Source: Microcoleus sp.
GTDB lineage: Bacteria > Cyanobacteriota > Cyanobacteriia > Cyanobacteriales > Microcoleaceae
Reading direction: 5' to 3'
Length of the DNA stretch: 64,000 nt
Assembly: GCA_052279835.1 (NCBI GenBank)
Contig: CP181291.1
Span: 6,176,001 to 6,240,000 of the forward strand
The notes under the pieces are model-generated. The model had not been told where the DNA came from and made no database searches. It saw nothing but the letters and a program-made list of their open reading frames with translations. The translations under genes and the position numbers were made by a program. Positions 9,370 to 19,056 of this stretch are shown here, piece after piece. Position 1 is the first letter of the stretch; every line of letters begins with the position of its first letter.

Positions 9370-10605
9370 ATGTCTCAAAATGTCACCGCAAAAAAGATGG
9401 GTGTGGAATCAGCCCAAGACCCGATCGCCGTAGTGGCGACAGTGGAAACAGTCACCGCCGAAACAGTGGCGGTAGAATCCTACGCCGATAGGTTGATGGA
9501 TGAACTGTTTGAAGGGGTCGATCGAGCATTTGATGCAAGTGGCGGACTCCCCACAGAGCCAGTACAGCCAGAAATTATTACCCTCAAGTCGATATCGGTA
9601 CCTCAAATAGTGCTGTCGCCACCGCCAGCCATGGGCTACCAGCGCTCAGAAAAAGATGTCGCAGCGATCGCCCGCCGAGTCGCCCTAGAAACAACCAAAA
9701 AACATCAGTCCAAACAATCTTTTGATAAAATGCTGCTGGGAGCAGCCTTTGGTTCCCTGATGTTAGTCTTGGGGTTGTGGTTGGCAAGTCGATCGGGACT
9801 GGTGCGCTTACCAGCGGCCACGAACACAAGTACCACGCCGACAGCTACCACAAAAACAGCGCCAGACACGGAGTTTTCGGAATACGTGCAGCGATCACTA
9901 GAGGCGATCGAACAAAAAAAATCACCCCAGGCCAACGTCCAACTTCCAGGAGTACCCGGAGTCGCCCCCGCAGGGACACTGCCGAACATTTCTATTTCCG
10001 GCGCGCCACCAGCTACGGCCGGTCTTTCCACAGCAGTTAACCGCGTCGCTGAGGCGATCGAGCAAGCCGCCGCCCAACAACCAGGAGTACCCACGCCCCA
10101 AGTAGTGATTGTCCCGCCAGCAAACACAACGGTGACAAACCCACTTCCGGCCCCAACCGTCGCAGTTTCTCCTTCAGCTAACCCTCCCTCCTCTGGGAGA
10201 GCGATCGCTGTTGCCGGTAGCACCAGCCCCAGCACCAGCCCCGTCGCCACTTCCCCTTCCCCCTCCACATCTCCCGAACCGAAAATTTCGGCTCGCGAAG
10301 AACCAGCAGCCCCATCAGCAGCGGCAGCCCCATCAGCAGCATCAGTCCAGCCAGCAGCACCTCCGCCACAACCAGCGACACCAAGTGTCAGCACCACGCC
10401 CACAGCGGCTCACACCCTGGTAGGGATTTTGGAATTGGGCGATCGCTCGGCTGCTTTATTTGAAGTAGATGGCGTAGCCCGCAGAATTTATGTCGGCGAA
10501 AGCATAGGCGCGAGTGGTTGGACTTTGGCAGAAATTAAAAATCAAGAAGCAGTGATCCGCAAAGGAGGAGATGTGCGATCGGTGTTTGTCGGTCAGAAGT
10601 TTTAA
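9370..10605 (+). CDS. Conserved cyanobacterial single-TM protein with Pro/Ala-rich linker and a C-terminal GspC/PilP-like beta domain
   Basis: YADRLMDELF motif, one TM helix, low-complexity linker and C-terminal LVGILELGDRSAALFE...GESIG..GW. Confidence 0.6.
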   Translation: MSQNVTAKKMGVESAQDPIAVVATVETVTAETVAVESYADRLMDELFEGVDRAFDASGGLPTEPVQPEIITLKSISVPQIVLSPPPAMGYQRSEKDVAAIARRVALETTKKHQSKQSFDKMLLGAAFGSLMLVLGLWLASRSGLVRLPAATNTSTTPTATTKTAPDTEFSEYVQRSLEAIEQKKSPQANVQLPGVPGVAPAGTLPNISISGAPPATAGLSTAVNRVAEAIEQAAAQQPGVPTPQVVIVPPANTTVTNPLPAPTVAVSPSANPPSSGRAIAVAGSTSPSTSPVATSPSPSTSPEPKISAREEPAAPSAAAAPSAASVQPAAPPPQPATPSVSTTPTAAHTLVGILELGDRSAALFEVDGVARRIYVGESIGASGWTLAEIKNQEAVIRKGGDVRSVFVGQKF

Positions 10606-10687
10606 TTAGTTAGTTGTTAGTAGTTAATTGTTATTGGTTATTGGCGGCTCCAATAACCAATAACTAATAAAATAGGAAGAGTAAACA

Positions 10688-11275
10688 ATGGGCTTATTTG
10701 ACGATGTTAGTAGATTTCTAGAAACAAAATTAGAAGAATTCTTACGCAGCAATCCACATCTGGAATTGCAAGCAATAGAAGAACAACTCAAAGAACAAGA
10801 AGAAGACACCCTGCGACTAATTCTCGAAATCCAAAAACAAGAGAAAACCCTGCAAGCAGAAATTCTGTCAACAGCCGAAGAAATTCAACGCTGGAACGAT
10901 CGCATCAATAAAGCCAAAGCATCTCAAAGGCTCGACCTCGCCCAAGCAGCCCAAGAAAGACAAGCAACTTTACTACGTCAGGGAAATCAGCGCTGGGGTC
11001 AAATGCAAGGCTGCAAAGAACGGATTGAAAAAGCCAAAGAACTTTATCGCCAAATTCAGCTACGGCGAAAAGAAGTGCGAGCAAAAGCAGCCGCAGCAGC
11101 CACTAGCAATGCTGCGAAAACAGCTACCAAAACCGAGCAGAGTTGGGATACAAAGGGTTGGAATCAAAGTTCCAATTATAGCAGTTTTAGTGCCGCCGAC
11201 CCTTTAGAAGAAAAGTTTCAACGCTGGGAAGCAGATGAAGAACTCGATCGCATGAAACGCAATATGAATCGATAA
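10688..11275 (+). CDS. TIGR04376-like coiled-coil protein (PspA/IM30-related)
   Basis: MGLFDDxSRFLExxLEEFLRxNPHLEL start, helical body and DPLEEKFQRWE C-terminus. Confidence 0.8.
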   Translation: MGLFDDVSRFLETKLEEFLRSNPHLELQAIEEQLKEQEEDTLRLILEIQKQEKTLQAEILSTAEEIQRWNDRINKAKASQRLDLAQAAQERQATLLRQGNQRWGQMQGCKERIEKAKELYRQIQLRRKEVRAKAAAAATSNAAKTATKTEQSWDTKGWNQSSNYSSFSAADPLEEKFQRWEADEELDRMKRNMNR

Positions 11276-11375
11276 TTTATAATCAATCTCAAATCTCTCA
11301 TCTCTTCTCTTTTCTGACTCTGCGCCCTCTGCGCCCTCTGCGGTTCAATTATTCCTAACCACATAAATCAAATCC

Positions 11376-12437
11376 ATGACTACTCAAAAATCCCTAGTTT
11401 CCCCCGTCACCTGGCTCGAAGACCGAGTTATACTAATTGACCAAAACCGACTTCCCCAGGAATACAGCACAGTCGAAATTAGCCGCTGCGACGACATGGC
11501 CGAGGCGATTAAAACCATGATAGTTCGCGGTGCTCCGGCGATCGGGGTAGCAGCAGCTTACGGAATGTATTTGGGTGCGAGGGAAATCGAAACGGGCGAT
11601 CGCACTGAATTTTTAACTCAACTAGAAAAAGTCGGCGATTTACTGCGATCGACCCGTCCCACTGCGGTGAATTTATTTTGGGCAATATCGCGAATGCTCA
11701 AAACAGCCGATCGAACTAGCGGTTCCGTCGAACAAATCCAAAAAACTTTGCTAGAAATGGCTAAAACCATTCAAGCAGAAGACTTGCAAACCTGTAAAGA
11801 TATCGGCGACAAAGGTTTAGAAGTTCTCCCAGCTACACCCGAAAAATTAACATTACTAACTCACTGCAACGCCGGTGGTTTAGCAACTGCGGGCTACGGT
11901 ACAGCTTTAGGTGTCATTCGTTCAGCTTGGCGAGAAGGCAGACTCGGCAGAGTTTTTGCCGACGAAACACGTCCCCGTCTCCAAGGCGCAAAACTGACAA
12001 CTTGGGAATGCGTCCAAGAAGGAATTCCCGTCACCTTAATCGCCGACAATATGGCCGCCCACTGCATGAAACAAGGCATGATTCACGCCGTAGTTGTCGG
12101 TGCAGATAGGATTGCTGCTAATGGTGATGCAGCCAACAAAATTGGCACCTACAGTTTAGCAATTATTGCCAAAGCTCACAACGTTCCTTTCTTTGTAGCC
12201 GCGCCTCTTTCTACCATTGATTTTGAACTTTCTGACGGGAGTCAGATTCCCATTGAAGAACGCGATCCCATTGAAATGTATCAAGTTGGCACTACCCGGA
12301 TTTGTCCTGTGGGAGTCGAATTTTACAATCCCGCTTTTGACGTAACTCCTGCGGAACTAATCTCAGGAATTATTACAGAATATGGCACTGTTGCTCCTGC
12401 ACAATTGAAACAGTTTAAGTCCAAACAATTAGTTTAA
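11376..12437 (+). CDS. mtnA: S-methyl-5-thioribose-1-phosphate isomerase
   Basis: [38 protein letters not shown] and NPAFDVTP motifs. Confidence 0.97.
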   Translation: MTTQKSLVSPVTWLEDRVILIDQNRLPQEYSTVEISRCDDMAEAIKTMIVRGAPAIGVAAAYGMYLGAREIETGDRTEFLTQLEKVGDLLRSTRPTAVNLFWAISRMLKTADRTSGSVEQIQKTLLEMAKTIQAEDLQTCKDIGDKGLEVLPATPEKLTLLTHCNAGGLATAGYGTALGVIRSAWREGRLGRVFADETRPRLQGAKLTTWECVQEGIPVTLIADNMAAHCMKQGMIHAVVVGADRIAANGDAANKIGTYSLAIIAKAHNVPFFVAAPLSTIDFELSDGSQIPIEERDPIEMYQVGTTRICPVGVEFYNPAFDVTPAELISGIITEYGTVAPAQLKQFKSKQLV

Positions 12438-12441
12438 GACT

Positions 12442-12942
12442 ATGTTACCAAACCGCTTAATTCAACAGGTATCTCTGAAAATAAGCCGGATTTATAGCTA
12501 CCAAAACTGGCAGATTGGAGCGATTTTAACAACTCTAACTCTGCCCGTTTTTTTCTGTACAGCCTCGGAAGCTCAATCATCAAAAACGGTGAAAGCTAAG
12601 GAAGCAGAAGGCAAACAATACGTTATTTCCATGAATAAAGCTCAGCAAGCTTACTATGCACAAAATACCGGATTTACAAGTTCCATTGCCAATTTAGGCT
12701 TGGGGATAAAACCTGAAAGTACCAATTACAAATATTCCATTAGTACGGGAAACAAAGCTGTATTTAATTATGGAGTTTCCCAACAACCAAATCTCAAAAG
12801 TTTTGTGGGAGGAGTGTTTTTGGTGGGAAATACTACCCAAACAATCCTGTGTCAAACTGCTGCTGCTAGCACGACGAAACCCGCTAATCCTATAAATACC
12901 AATGGAAAGTTAGCCTGCGCTGCTGGAACGGCTAAGATTTAG
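12442..12942 (+). CDS. Type IV pilin-like G/H family protein
   Basis: EAEGKQYVxSMNKAQQAYY...LGLGI...NYxY...LKSFVGGV with a C-terminal Cys pair. Confidence 0.8.
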   Translation: MLPNRLIQQVSLKISRIYSYQNWQIGAILTTLTLPVFFCTASEAQSSKTVKAKEAEGKQYVISMNKAQQAYYAQNTGFTSSIANLGLGIKPESTNYKYSISTGNKAVFNYGVSQQPNLKSFVGGVFLVGNTTQTILCQTAAASTTKPANPINTNGKLACAAGTAKI

Positions 12943-12954
12943 AGATAAATCACG

Positions 12955-13020
12955 TCCGATCGATAGCTGCGCCGGATATTGAGGGTCGATATTTTCATCT
13001 AATAGGTATTTAACAGTCAT
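12955..13020 (-). pseudogene. Truncated DUF5615 PIN-like toxin remnant
   Basis: The ATG overlaps the DUF433 stop (TGATG). It reads MTVKYLLDENIDPQYPAQL and then loses homology at CGATCG (12957-12962). Confidence 0.7.
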
Positions 13021-13361
13021 CAATAAACTCGATCTAGTTGTTGAGATTTCTGATTTTGCTCTTTAATCTGACGCATTTTCAAGACAAAGGGAGATGGATT
13101 GCGATCGTATTCAGCTTCAGCTTTGAGGCAATATTCTAACCAATCTCCTACATATTTCCCTACAGTTTTTGTATTTTCCAGATAGTAGAGAATCGTAGCA
13201 TAAACTTGAGCCATAGTCACTGTCCGAAATTTTTGAGCTATGGCTTCTGGAGTTTGGCCGCAGTGGATGTATTCGTAGAGAATGTGTTCGATACCGACGC
13301 GAGTTCCTTTGATGCGGATATCTTCTGGTGTTAAAAATTCAAAGTAATCTTCTAATTGCAT
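13020..13361 (-). CDS. DUF433 antitoxin-like protein
   Basis: IRIKGTRVGIE...G.TPEAIA...AQVYATILYY. Confidence 0.88.
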   Translation of the reverse strand: MQLEDYFEFLTPEDIRIKGTRVGIEHILYEYIHCGQTPEAIAQKFRTVTMAQVYATILYYLENTKTVGKYVGDWLEYCLKAEAEYDRNPSPFVLKMRQIKEQNQKSQQLDRVY

Positions 13362-13465
13362 GATTGTTGTTCATTTTCAATGTGAGTTTTGAGTGTATAC
13401 TGAGTTTAGCATATCAGCTACATTATATACTATAATAGCATTAAACGAATTCAGGAAACATTTCC

Positions 13466-13945
13466 ATGAACAGGCAAAAAATACTCCTAGATCCGGTTTT
13501 ACCGACAGAAGAAGAAACAATAGCTATCAAGTTGTTGGATAAAATGTTAAGCATCAAGACAGAAAATGGTAATTCTGAGACATTACAAGTAAAACTTTTG
13601 GAAGTTGACGGGGAAGAAATCGCACTTCCTGAATCTCTATATCAATTGTTGTGTCAAGCGGCACATTTGATGGCGACTGGTAAAGCAGTGTCTTTAGTGC
13701 CAATTGAGCAAGATATGACTGTTGAAGAAACTGCGAGTTTGCTGAATGTGTCGCCAGAATTTGTGGTGAAATTACTCGATAACGGGGAAATTGCCTATGG
13801 AAAAGTAGGAAACCAGCGGCGGATAAGTTTGGTAAGTGCGATCGCATATAAACAGCAGCGTAGTGTTAAGCGCCGTGAAATTCTCAAGGAATTAGCTCAG
13901 TTTAGCCAAGAAGAGGAATTGCATGAGACTAGAGTATACAGCTAG
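13466..13945 (+). CDS. Excisionase-family HTH protein (antitoxin)
   Basis: MTVEETASLLNVSPEFVVKLLDNGEI..KVGNQRRI motif; overlaps the PIN gene. Confidence 0.85.
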   Translation: MNRQKILLDPVLPTEEETIAIKLLDKMLSIKTENGNSETLQVKLLEVDGEEIALPESLYQLLCQAAHLMATGKAVSLVPIEQDMTVEETASLLNVSPEFVVKLLDNGEIAYGKVGNQRRISLVSAIAYKQQRSVKRREILKELAQFSQEEELHETRVYS

Positions 13946-14513
13946 CAAGTTGATTCCTTATCCTGTTGTTTTGGATTCCTGCGTGATATTTCCTATGCAC
14001 TTACGAGATACGCTCTTTCGTGCTGCGGAGATTGGGTTGTATGATTTATATTGGTCGCAAGAAATTTTAGACGGTGCAACTCGCAATCTTGTTAATACTG
14101 GAAGGATGAAAAGTGAGAGGGCGGCGCGTTTTGAGGCTGCACTTAAGGCAGCTTTTCCTAATGCAATGGTTGAAGTTCCAGAGAATTTGATTCAACAGAT
14201 GACTAACGATCCAGGCGATCGTCATGTGGCTGCGGCTGCGGTTGTTGCTAAAGCTGAAGTTATTGTTACATCCAACCTGAGAGATTTTCCACGAGAGTCT
14301 TTAAATCCTTGGGGAATTACGGCTTTGCACCCCGATGTTTTTCTGAATCGTCTTTATGAGGTTGCACCGGATTTGATGGCTAATGTAGTCAGCAAACAAG
14401 TTAAGGATTTGAAAAATCCACCCCTGACTGTTGATGAATTACTTGTCAGGTTGAGGGAAGAAGTTCCGGTTTTTGCAGATAAGATTCAACGTTATTATGA
14501 GAATATTTCGTAA
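13923..14513 (+). CDS. PIN-domain toxin (VapC50-like)
   Basis: VVLDSCV, WSQEIL, DPGDRHVAAAA, IVTSNLRDFP and HPDVFL motifs. Confidence 0.88.
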   Translation: MRLEYTASKLIPYPVVLDSCVIFPMHLRDTLFRAAEIGLYDLYWSQEILDGATRNLVNTGRMKSERAARFEAALKAAFPNAMVEVPENLIQQMTNDPGDRHVAAAAVVAKAEVIVTSNLRDFPRESLNPWGITALHPDVFLNRLYEVAPDLMANVVSKQVKDLKNPPLTVDELLVRLREEVPVFADKIQRYYENIS

Positions 14514-14658
14514 TTTGTAGTTAAGGGCGATCGGAATTTGGTACATACTGAGTGTAGCACGTTAGTTACTGCAACTTCGCCCAGTCCGGCAGGGAATTAA
14601 TTCCCTGGCCGTTTTCGGGAATACGTTAGTTAGCTGATGTAGAAAATTTCAACTTATT

Positions 14659-14765
14659 TAGAACTTGCGTGTCGAGACCAAAGAAACCGGGTTTTTAGCA
14701 GTTTTTACGGTCTTTAAGGAAGTATTGTCGAAAAAAACCCGGTTTCTGACTCCCCGTAAGTCCTA
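14659..14765. mobile_element. MITE-like repeat (AGGACTTACGCA-type ends, AGAAACCGGGTTT core)
   Basis: Degenerate terminal IR TAGAACTTGCG...CGTAAGTCCTA with inner IR AGAAACCGGGTTT...AAACCCGGTTTCT. Confidence 0.7.
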
Positions 14766-14814
14766 TTATTATCGCTGTTGTTGTCTATCAAAATTTTATC
14801 GAGGATTCAGTACC

Positions 14815-15429
14815 GTGAGCAATAATGGAAATTTCTTTAACGTCGCAAACCTGACTATCGGTGTATTAGGTTTGTTAGCGGCGGTTGGCGGTGCGGGAAT
14901 TGCTATTGTTCAAGGTTGGCCGCCCCTGTTGTTTGGAAAAGATGCTCGTTTTTCCTGCCAAAATCAGCCTGATACTCAGCGAGGTAGTGAAGTTTGGACT
15001 GTCATGTACCGTCATGATAAAGGTCAACAACCTTGGCTGAAAATGGTGACAACTTTAGGCGGTGATTATACGCCTCTAAAACGCTGCGAAGAAATTTCTG
15101 AACGATTGAACGGTTATCGCAAAGATGGTTTGATTCGGTTAGCTTATAGAGACGATCCTAAGACTCCGAATCAATACGTGATTTGTGCGAAAACTAAGTT
15201 GAGTGGCGAAGGTTGTCCGCTGTTGGTGACGTTGAAGCCCGGTAGCGAAACAGAGGCTTATAACGCAATGCGAGATATGACTGAAAATTTGCTGACTGGT
15301 ACTGGGGTTTATCAAAATAGCGATGGTAAGTTGGCAACTTCTAAGTTTTCTCCGTCTTCGCCAGAGATTGATTTAACTCCTTTTTTGGCAGAGGAGGATC
15401 GGATTGCTGGATCTAATTCTGCTAAGTGA
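14815..15429 (+). CDS. COP23 domain protein
   Basis: TM/signal segment, RFSC, TPLKRCEEISERL, YVICA and CPLLVTLKP. Start set at the GTG after a GAGG RBS, because the longer ORF runs into the MITE. Confidence 0.8.
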   Translation: MSNNGNFFNVANLTIGVLGLLAAVGGAGIAIVQGWPPLLFGKDARFSCQNQPDTQRGSEVWTVMYRHDKGQQPWLKMVTTLGGDYTPLKRCEEISERLNGYRKDGLIRLAYRDDPKTPNQYVICAKTKLSGEGCPLLVTLKPGSETEAYNAMRDMTENLLTGTGVYQNSDGKLATSKFSPSSPEIDLTPFLAEEDRIAGSNSAK

Positions 15430-15440
15430 TATTAAATTTA

Positions 15441-15549
15441 TAGGAATCACGCATGGGGCTCAGAAACCGGGTTTTTTACGAAAATACTTCGTTACATCCC
15501 GCAGATTCGGAAAAAACCCGGTTTCTTTGGTCGGAATGCGTAAGTCTTG
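15441..15549. mobile_element. MITE-like repeat, same family as 14659-14765
   Basis: TAGGAATCACGCA...TGCGTAAGTCTTG with inner AGAAACCGGGTTT/AAACCCGGTTTCT. Confidence 0.7.
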
Positions 15550-15720
15550 ATTCATTGAAAAGTTTGTTTTGGCTAATTGTTATAACACTCAAGTTGCTGG
15601 CAACATCCTGGCTGGAAAGTCGCAGTGCCAGGTATCGGAAACCCAGACACCGCATGACTTCGTGGATTTTGATTATACCACAATTCTTAATAAAAATTTG
15701 AAGCCTTTATAGGTTATTAT

Positions 15721-16863
15721 TTACAAGTTTGTGCATGAGAGGGGTGCAGTAAGAAACTTATTGTTTTCCCCCACCAACAACGCCCACCCCATCCACCCAG
15801 ATCTCCGCAACGCAGGGAGGTGAGCTTTGGGTGCATTAGTATTAAAAGTAAGTTTTCCATATTCAAGCCATTCTTTCTCTCCTTTCTTTGTCCAGCCGAT
15901 TGCCTCACCAAAAGCTGACCAGACTTTACTATCATACTCTTTAGTGCCGCCCAGACTTTGATAAATGCGCTTCTGCACAGAAAAGCCGAAGTGCCCATTA
16001 CTGTATTTTACCCAAAGTGTATCGATCAACCGCAAATCTAGGCACGACAACTTGTGGAAATCGCTCTCCTCTAGACCAAGTTCTCTTAGTTTTCCCGCCG
16101 CTTCAAACCTTTTGTTAGCTGTTTCTACATCTGCTTCCTTCCACTTCCCAGCCTCCAATAACTCTTCCAGTTTAGTATAGTCTATCTCGTCTACATAATC
16201 TGCCTTAGCAAGGGGTTGATTTTCCCAAGACTGATTTGCCAGATAAGTTTTAATCGGAATTCCCCTCGGCAATTTATCCTTCGCCTGCCCGTGAACTGCA
16301 ACCACTTTACCGCTAGCATCTAAAACAGGTGCACCACTTATGCCAGCAGAAACTTGAGCTGTATAGTTGATTCCATATCCCTCCGGCAACACAACATTAA
16401 TCCTCGATACTGAACCTTCCAAAAATTCCGGCGCTAAATCTTCATTTTTAACAACAGGAAAACCAGAAATATAGATTTTATGTCCTAATTTAAGCTCGTT
16501 AGAATCACCAAAATTGACACTCGGATAAGGACAATTTTCCCCGGCAGACTTAAACGTCACCACGGCTAAATCGAAATTGGGACTTGTTTGAATACTGTCA
16601 GTTGTATGACTTTGTTTATCCTGATAAGTTTGCAGTTTCAAACTATAGCCTTTAACCACATGACCGGCCGTGAGAACAGTGCAAACTCCCTTTTTTCCCG
16701 GTACAATAAACCCGGTACCGTGTCCGCCTTGATTTTCGTAGTAAATCAGCACGAGGCTCTTGTTAACTGTTTCAGCAATTTCTTGAGATGACTTCTGCTG
16801 TCCGCAACTTGTTAAGGAGAGTCCGATGAGGGTGAAAATTAGCCAGCAAGAGCGCAATTTCAT
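15721..16863 (-). CDS. Lipoprotein trypsin-like serine protease with C-terminal GUN4 domain
   Basis: Lipobox LTSC, triad in TAGH / DLAV / GISGAP, and GUN4 motifs WKEADxET, IDTLWVKYSNGHFGFSVQK and HLP. Confidence 0.88.
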   Translation of the reverse strand: MKLRSCWLIFTLIGLSLTSCGQQKSSQEIAETVNKSLVLIYYENQGGHGTGFIVPGKKGVCTVLTAGHVVKGYSLKLQTYQDKQSHTTDSIQTSPNFDLAVVTFKSAGENCPYPSVNFGDSNELKLGHKIYISGFPVVKNEDLAPEFLEGSVSRINVVLPEGYGINYTAQVSAGISGAPVLDASGKVVAVHGQAKDKLPRGIPIKTYLANQSWENQPLAKADYVDEIDYTKLEELLEAGKWKEADVETANKRFEAAGKLRELGLEESDFHKLSCLDLRLIDTLWVKYSNGHFGFSVQKRIYQSLGGTKEYDSKVWSAFGEAIGWTKKGEKEWLEYGKLTFNTNAPKAHLPALRRSGWMGWALLVGENNKFLTAPLSCTNL

Positions 16864-17063
16864 GAATTTTGCTGAGAGTTTTAGGGAATAAGGGAGTAAA
16901 TGAATAATTTTTACAACAGTGATATGTTGTTTTCCAGGTAGGAGATTAACATCAAAGTATACCATTTTTTTGTCATGGTAGCTACGGGTAAGGAGATGGG
17001 AGCGATCGCACGTAACAAGTTAAGATTAAAAGCCTCTCGATCTCTCGCTGGTAGCCAAGTCTA

Positions 17064-17239
17064 GATCCCCCTAAATCCCCACCCCCCCCTAGCCCCCCCC
17101 AAGGGGGGAAGGGGGACTTTGACTGCACTCTTGTCCCCCCTGATTGTTGGGGGACTTTGACTGCACTCTTCCCCCTGATTGTTGGGGGACTTTGACTGCA
17201 CTCTTGTCCCCCCCTTCTTAAGGGGGGCTAGGGGGGATC
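17064..17239. repeat. GC-rich palindromic cyanobacterial repeat with internal tandem amplification
   Basis: Ends GATCCCCCTAAATCCCC and GGGGGCTAGGGGGGATC enclose three roughly 36-38 bp copies of GGGGGACTTTGACTGCACTCTT(GT)CCCCC. Confidence 0.8.
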
Positions 17240-17461
17240 GAGATTTTGTGGACTCACAGAAAAACATCGGGCGGGGCGGGTTTACAAGATAATTAGTTTG
17301 AAAAAATTATGGTTGGTAAAACCCGCCCCTAGGAGATTGCAAATTATTCGATCGCGAATCAAGGAAGAAATTGAAGCTGCGATCGCTAGAAATGAAGTAG
17401 CCTAAAACATGGCACGAATTTGCTATAATCTAACTAATATCAGATCCGAACGATCGCACTT

Positions 17462-17809
17462 ATGACTATACAAGAATTAGAAACTCAAGTCTTAACCTTA
17501 AATCCCGTTGATAAAGCTAAACTCATCAGCATTCTAACTCAAACTTTAACCAACGGTTCTCTAGGCATCAAAAAAACTCCCGGTGTGTGTGGCGGCGATG
17601 CTTGTATCGGCAATACTCGCATACCAGTTTGGTCTTTGGTGTGCGATCGACGTCTAGGTGCTTCCGATGGTATCATCCTAGAATCATTTCCCGATCTAAC
17701 CGCCGCTGATTTGGTAAATGCGTGGGCTTATGCTGATGCTTACCCAGAGGAAATTGAACAAACAATTAAAGAAAATGATGAAGTTATGGAAGAAAGCGAG
17801 GTTTATTAA
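17462..17809 (+). CDS. DUF433 antitoxin
   Basis: KTPGVCGGDACIGNTRIPVW...LTAADLVNAWAY. Confidence 0.92.
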   Translation: MTIQELETQVLTLNPVDKAKLISILTQTLTNGSLGIKKTPGVCGGDACIGNTRIPVWSLVCDRRLGASDGIILESFPDLTAADLVNAWAYADAYPEEIEQTIKENDEVMEESEVY

Positions 17810-17812
17810 AAG

Positions 17813-18154
17813 TTGGCACGTTTTTACACAGATGAAAACTTCCCGCTAGCAGTGGTGGAATTACTGCGGGCTTTGGGTCACGATGTATTGACAGCGAGGG
17901 AAGCAGGAAATGCAAATCTTCAAATTCCTGACGAAGATGTGTTAGCTTTTGCTGCTAGCAATGACCGAACAGTTTTGACACGCAATCGCCGTCATTTCAT
18001 GCGCCTGCATCTTCAAAACTCTGACCATTCTGGTATTGTTGTTTGCACGGAAGACCCAAATTTTGAAAGGCTGACGACGCGAATTAATGAGGCTATTTCT
18101 GCTGAGGAAATATTGACGGGCAAATTGATTCGAGTTAACCGTCCTTCGAGGTAA
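17813..18154 (+). CDS. DUF5615 PIN-like toxin
   Basis: FYTDENFP...GHDVLT...DEDVLAFA...LTRNRRHF...HSGI; starts 3 bp after DUF433. Confidence 0.9.
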   Translation: MARFYTDENFPLAVVELLRALGHDVLTAREAGNANLQIPDEDVLAFAASNDRTVLTRNRRHFMRLHLQNSDHSGIVVCTEDPNFERLTTRINEAISAEEILTGKLIRVNRPSR

Positions 18155-18193
18155 AGAAAAGCTAACCATATAAAATGATTGAGATCGTAAAAA

Positions 18194-18388
18194 ATGGCAA
18201 TGAAAGAATTAGAAAAAAAACTCCTTATAAATGAGGAAAATTAATAAATGGTGCGTCTTTATGCAGATGAAAATTTTCCACTGGTAATCGTGGAATCAGT
18301 GCGCATTTTTGGTCACGATATTTTGACAGTGCAGGAAGCTGGAAATAGTAAGGTGCGTCGCCTTCTACCATCTGTAAGTTTCATCTAA
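18194..18388 (+). pseudogene. Degenerate second DUF433/DUF5615 pair
   Basis: MAMKELEKKLLINEEN* (collapsed DUF433) is followed by MVRLYADENFPLVIVESVRIFGHDILTVQEAGN, which is cut by a REP-like inverted repeat at 18348-18411. Confidence 0.8.
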
Positions 18389-18467
18389 CATATAGCACCG
18401 ACACACCCTACAGGGAACGCGCCTCACTTAAAAAAAAACGCGATACAAACCATTGAGGTTAAAAATT

Positions 18468-18821
18468 TTAACCGAATTGCTCTAGATACTGGCCCAAATC
18501 ATCTCGCAGGCGGCTCAGTTCGGCTTCGGTGGTGACGCGCACGCGATCGTCCCGAACCGTAATCAGCACTTTCGCAGCAAAGGGAGTCGGCCAGATATTC
18601 GGATTGCAGAACACCTCAAAAAATACCTCCCCTGCATAGCGGTATTCCATCGGTTTTTGGGGAGAGGCTTTGCCGCCAGCAGTTTTGGCTGCGACTGCTT
18701 TGAGACTTTCCATCAACAGGGCGATCGCACTTTGCAAATCCCGCGCGGCTTGGGGGGAAAAGCTAAAGGAGACAGAACCTTCAACTAAATTCAGCGTAAA
18801 TTGAGAAACAGACATAAGCAA
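18468..18821 (-). CDS. Conserved cyanobacterial hypothetical protein
   Basis: Clean ORF with a FxEVFCNPNIWPTPFAAKVLITVRD motif. Confidence 0.75.
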   Translation of the reverse strand: MLMSVSQFTLNLVEGSVSFSFSPQAARDLQSAIALLMESLKAVAAKTAGGKASPQKPMEYRYAGEVFFEVFCNPNIWPTPFAAKVLITVRDDRVRVTTEAELSRLRDDLGQYLEQFG

Positions 18822-19056
18822 TGAAATTTAACAGACAATTGTTAATGATAAAAGATACAGTAACCGAAAAGAAGTACATTCTCGCTAAAATGGGCAGCCT
18901 GAATCCAATTAATTAAAAACTATCTCAATAAGCTAGGCCAAATTAATGAGTGTAAATATAACTCTAAGCTAGCGTCTGCAAGACTTTTAACCTTTTGTTA
19001 CTCGATCGGCTTTAAACTAGAAATTAGAAATTTTGATTTCTGATTCAGGAGACTCT

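Noticed and set aside
9705..10403. 232-aa antisense ORF
   Set aside because: Shadow of the Pro/Ala/Thr-rich linker on the plus strand.
14665..14814. N-terminal extension of the COP23 ORF
   Set aside because: It is translated MITE sequence; a better start with an RBS is at 14815.
17111..17215. Possible CRISPR array
   Set aside because: The units are contiguous tandem copies without unique spacers, and there are no cas genes in the window.
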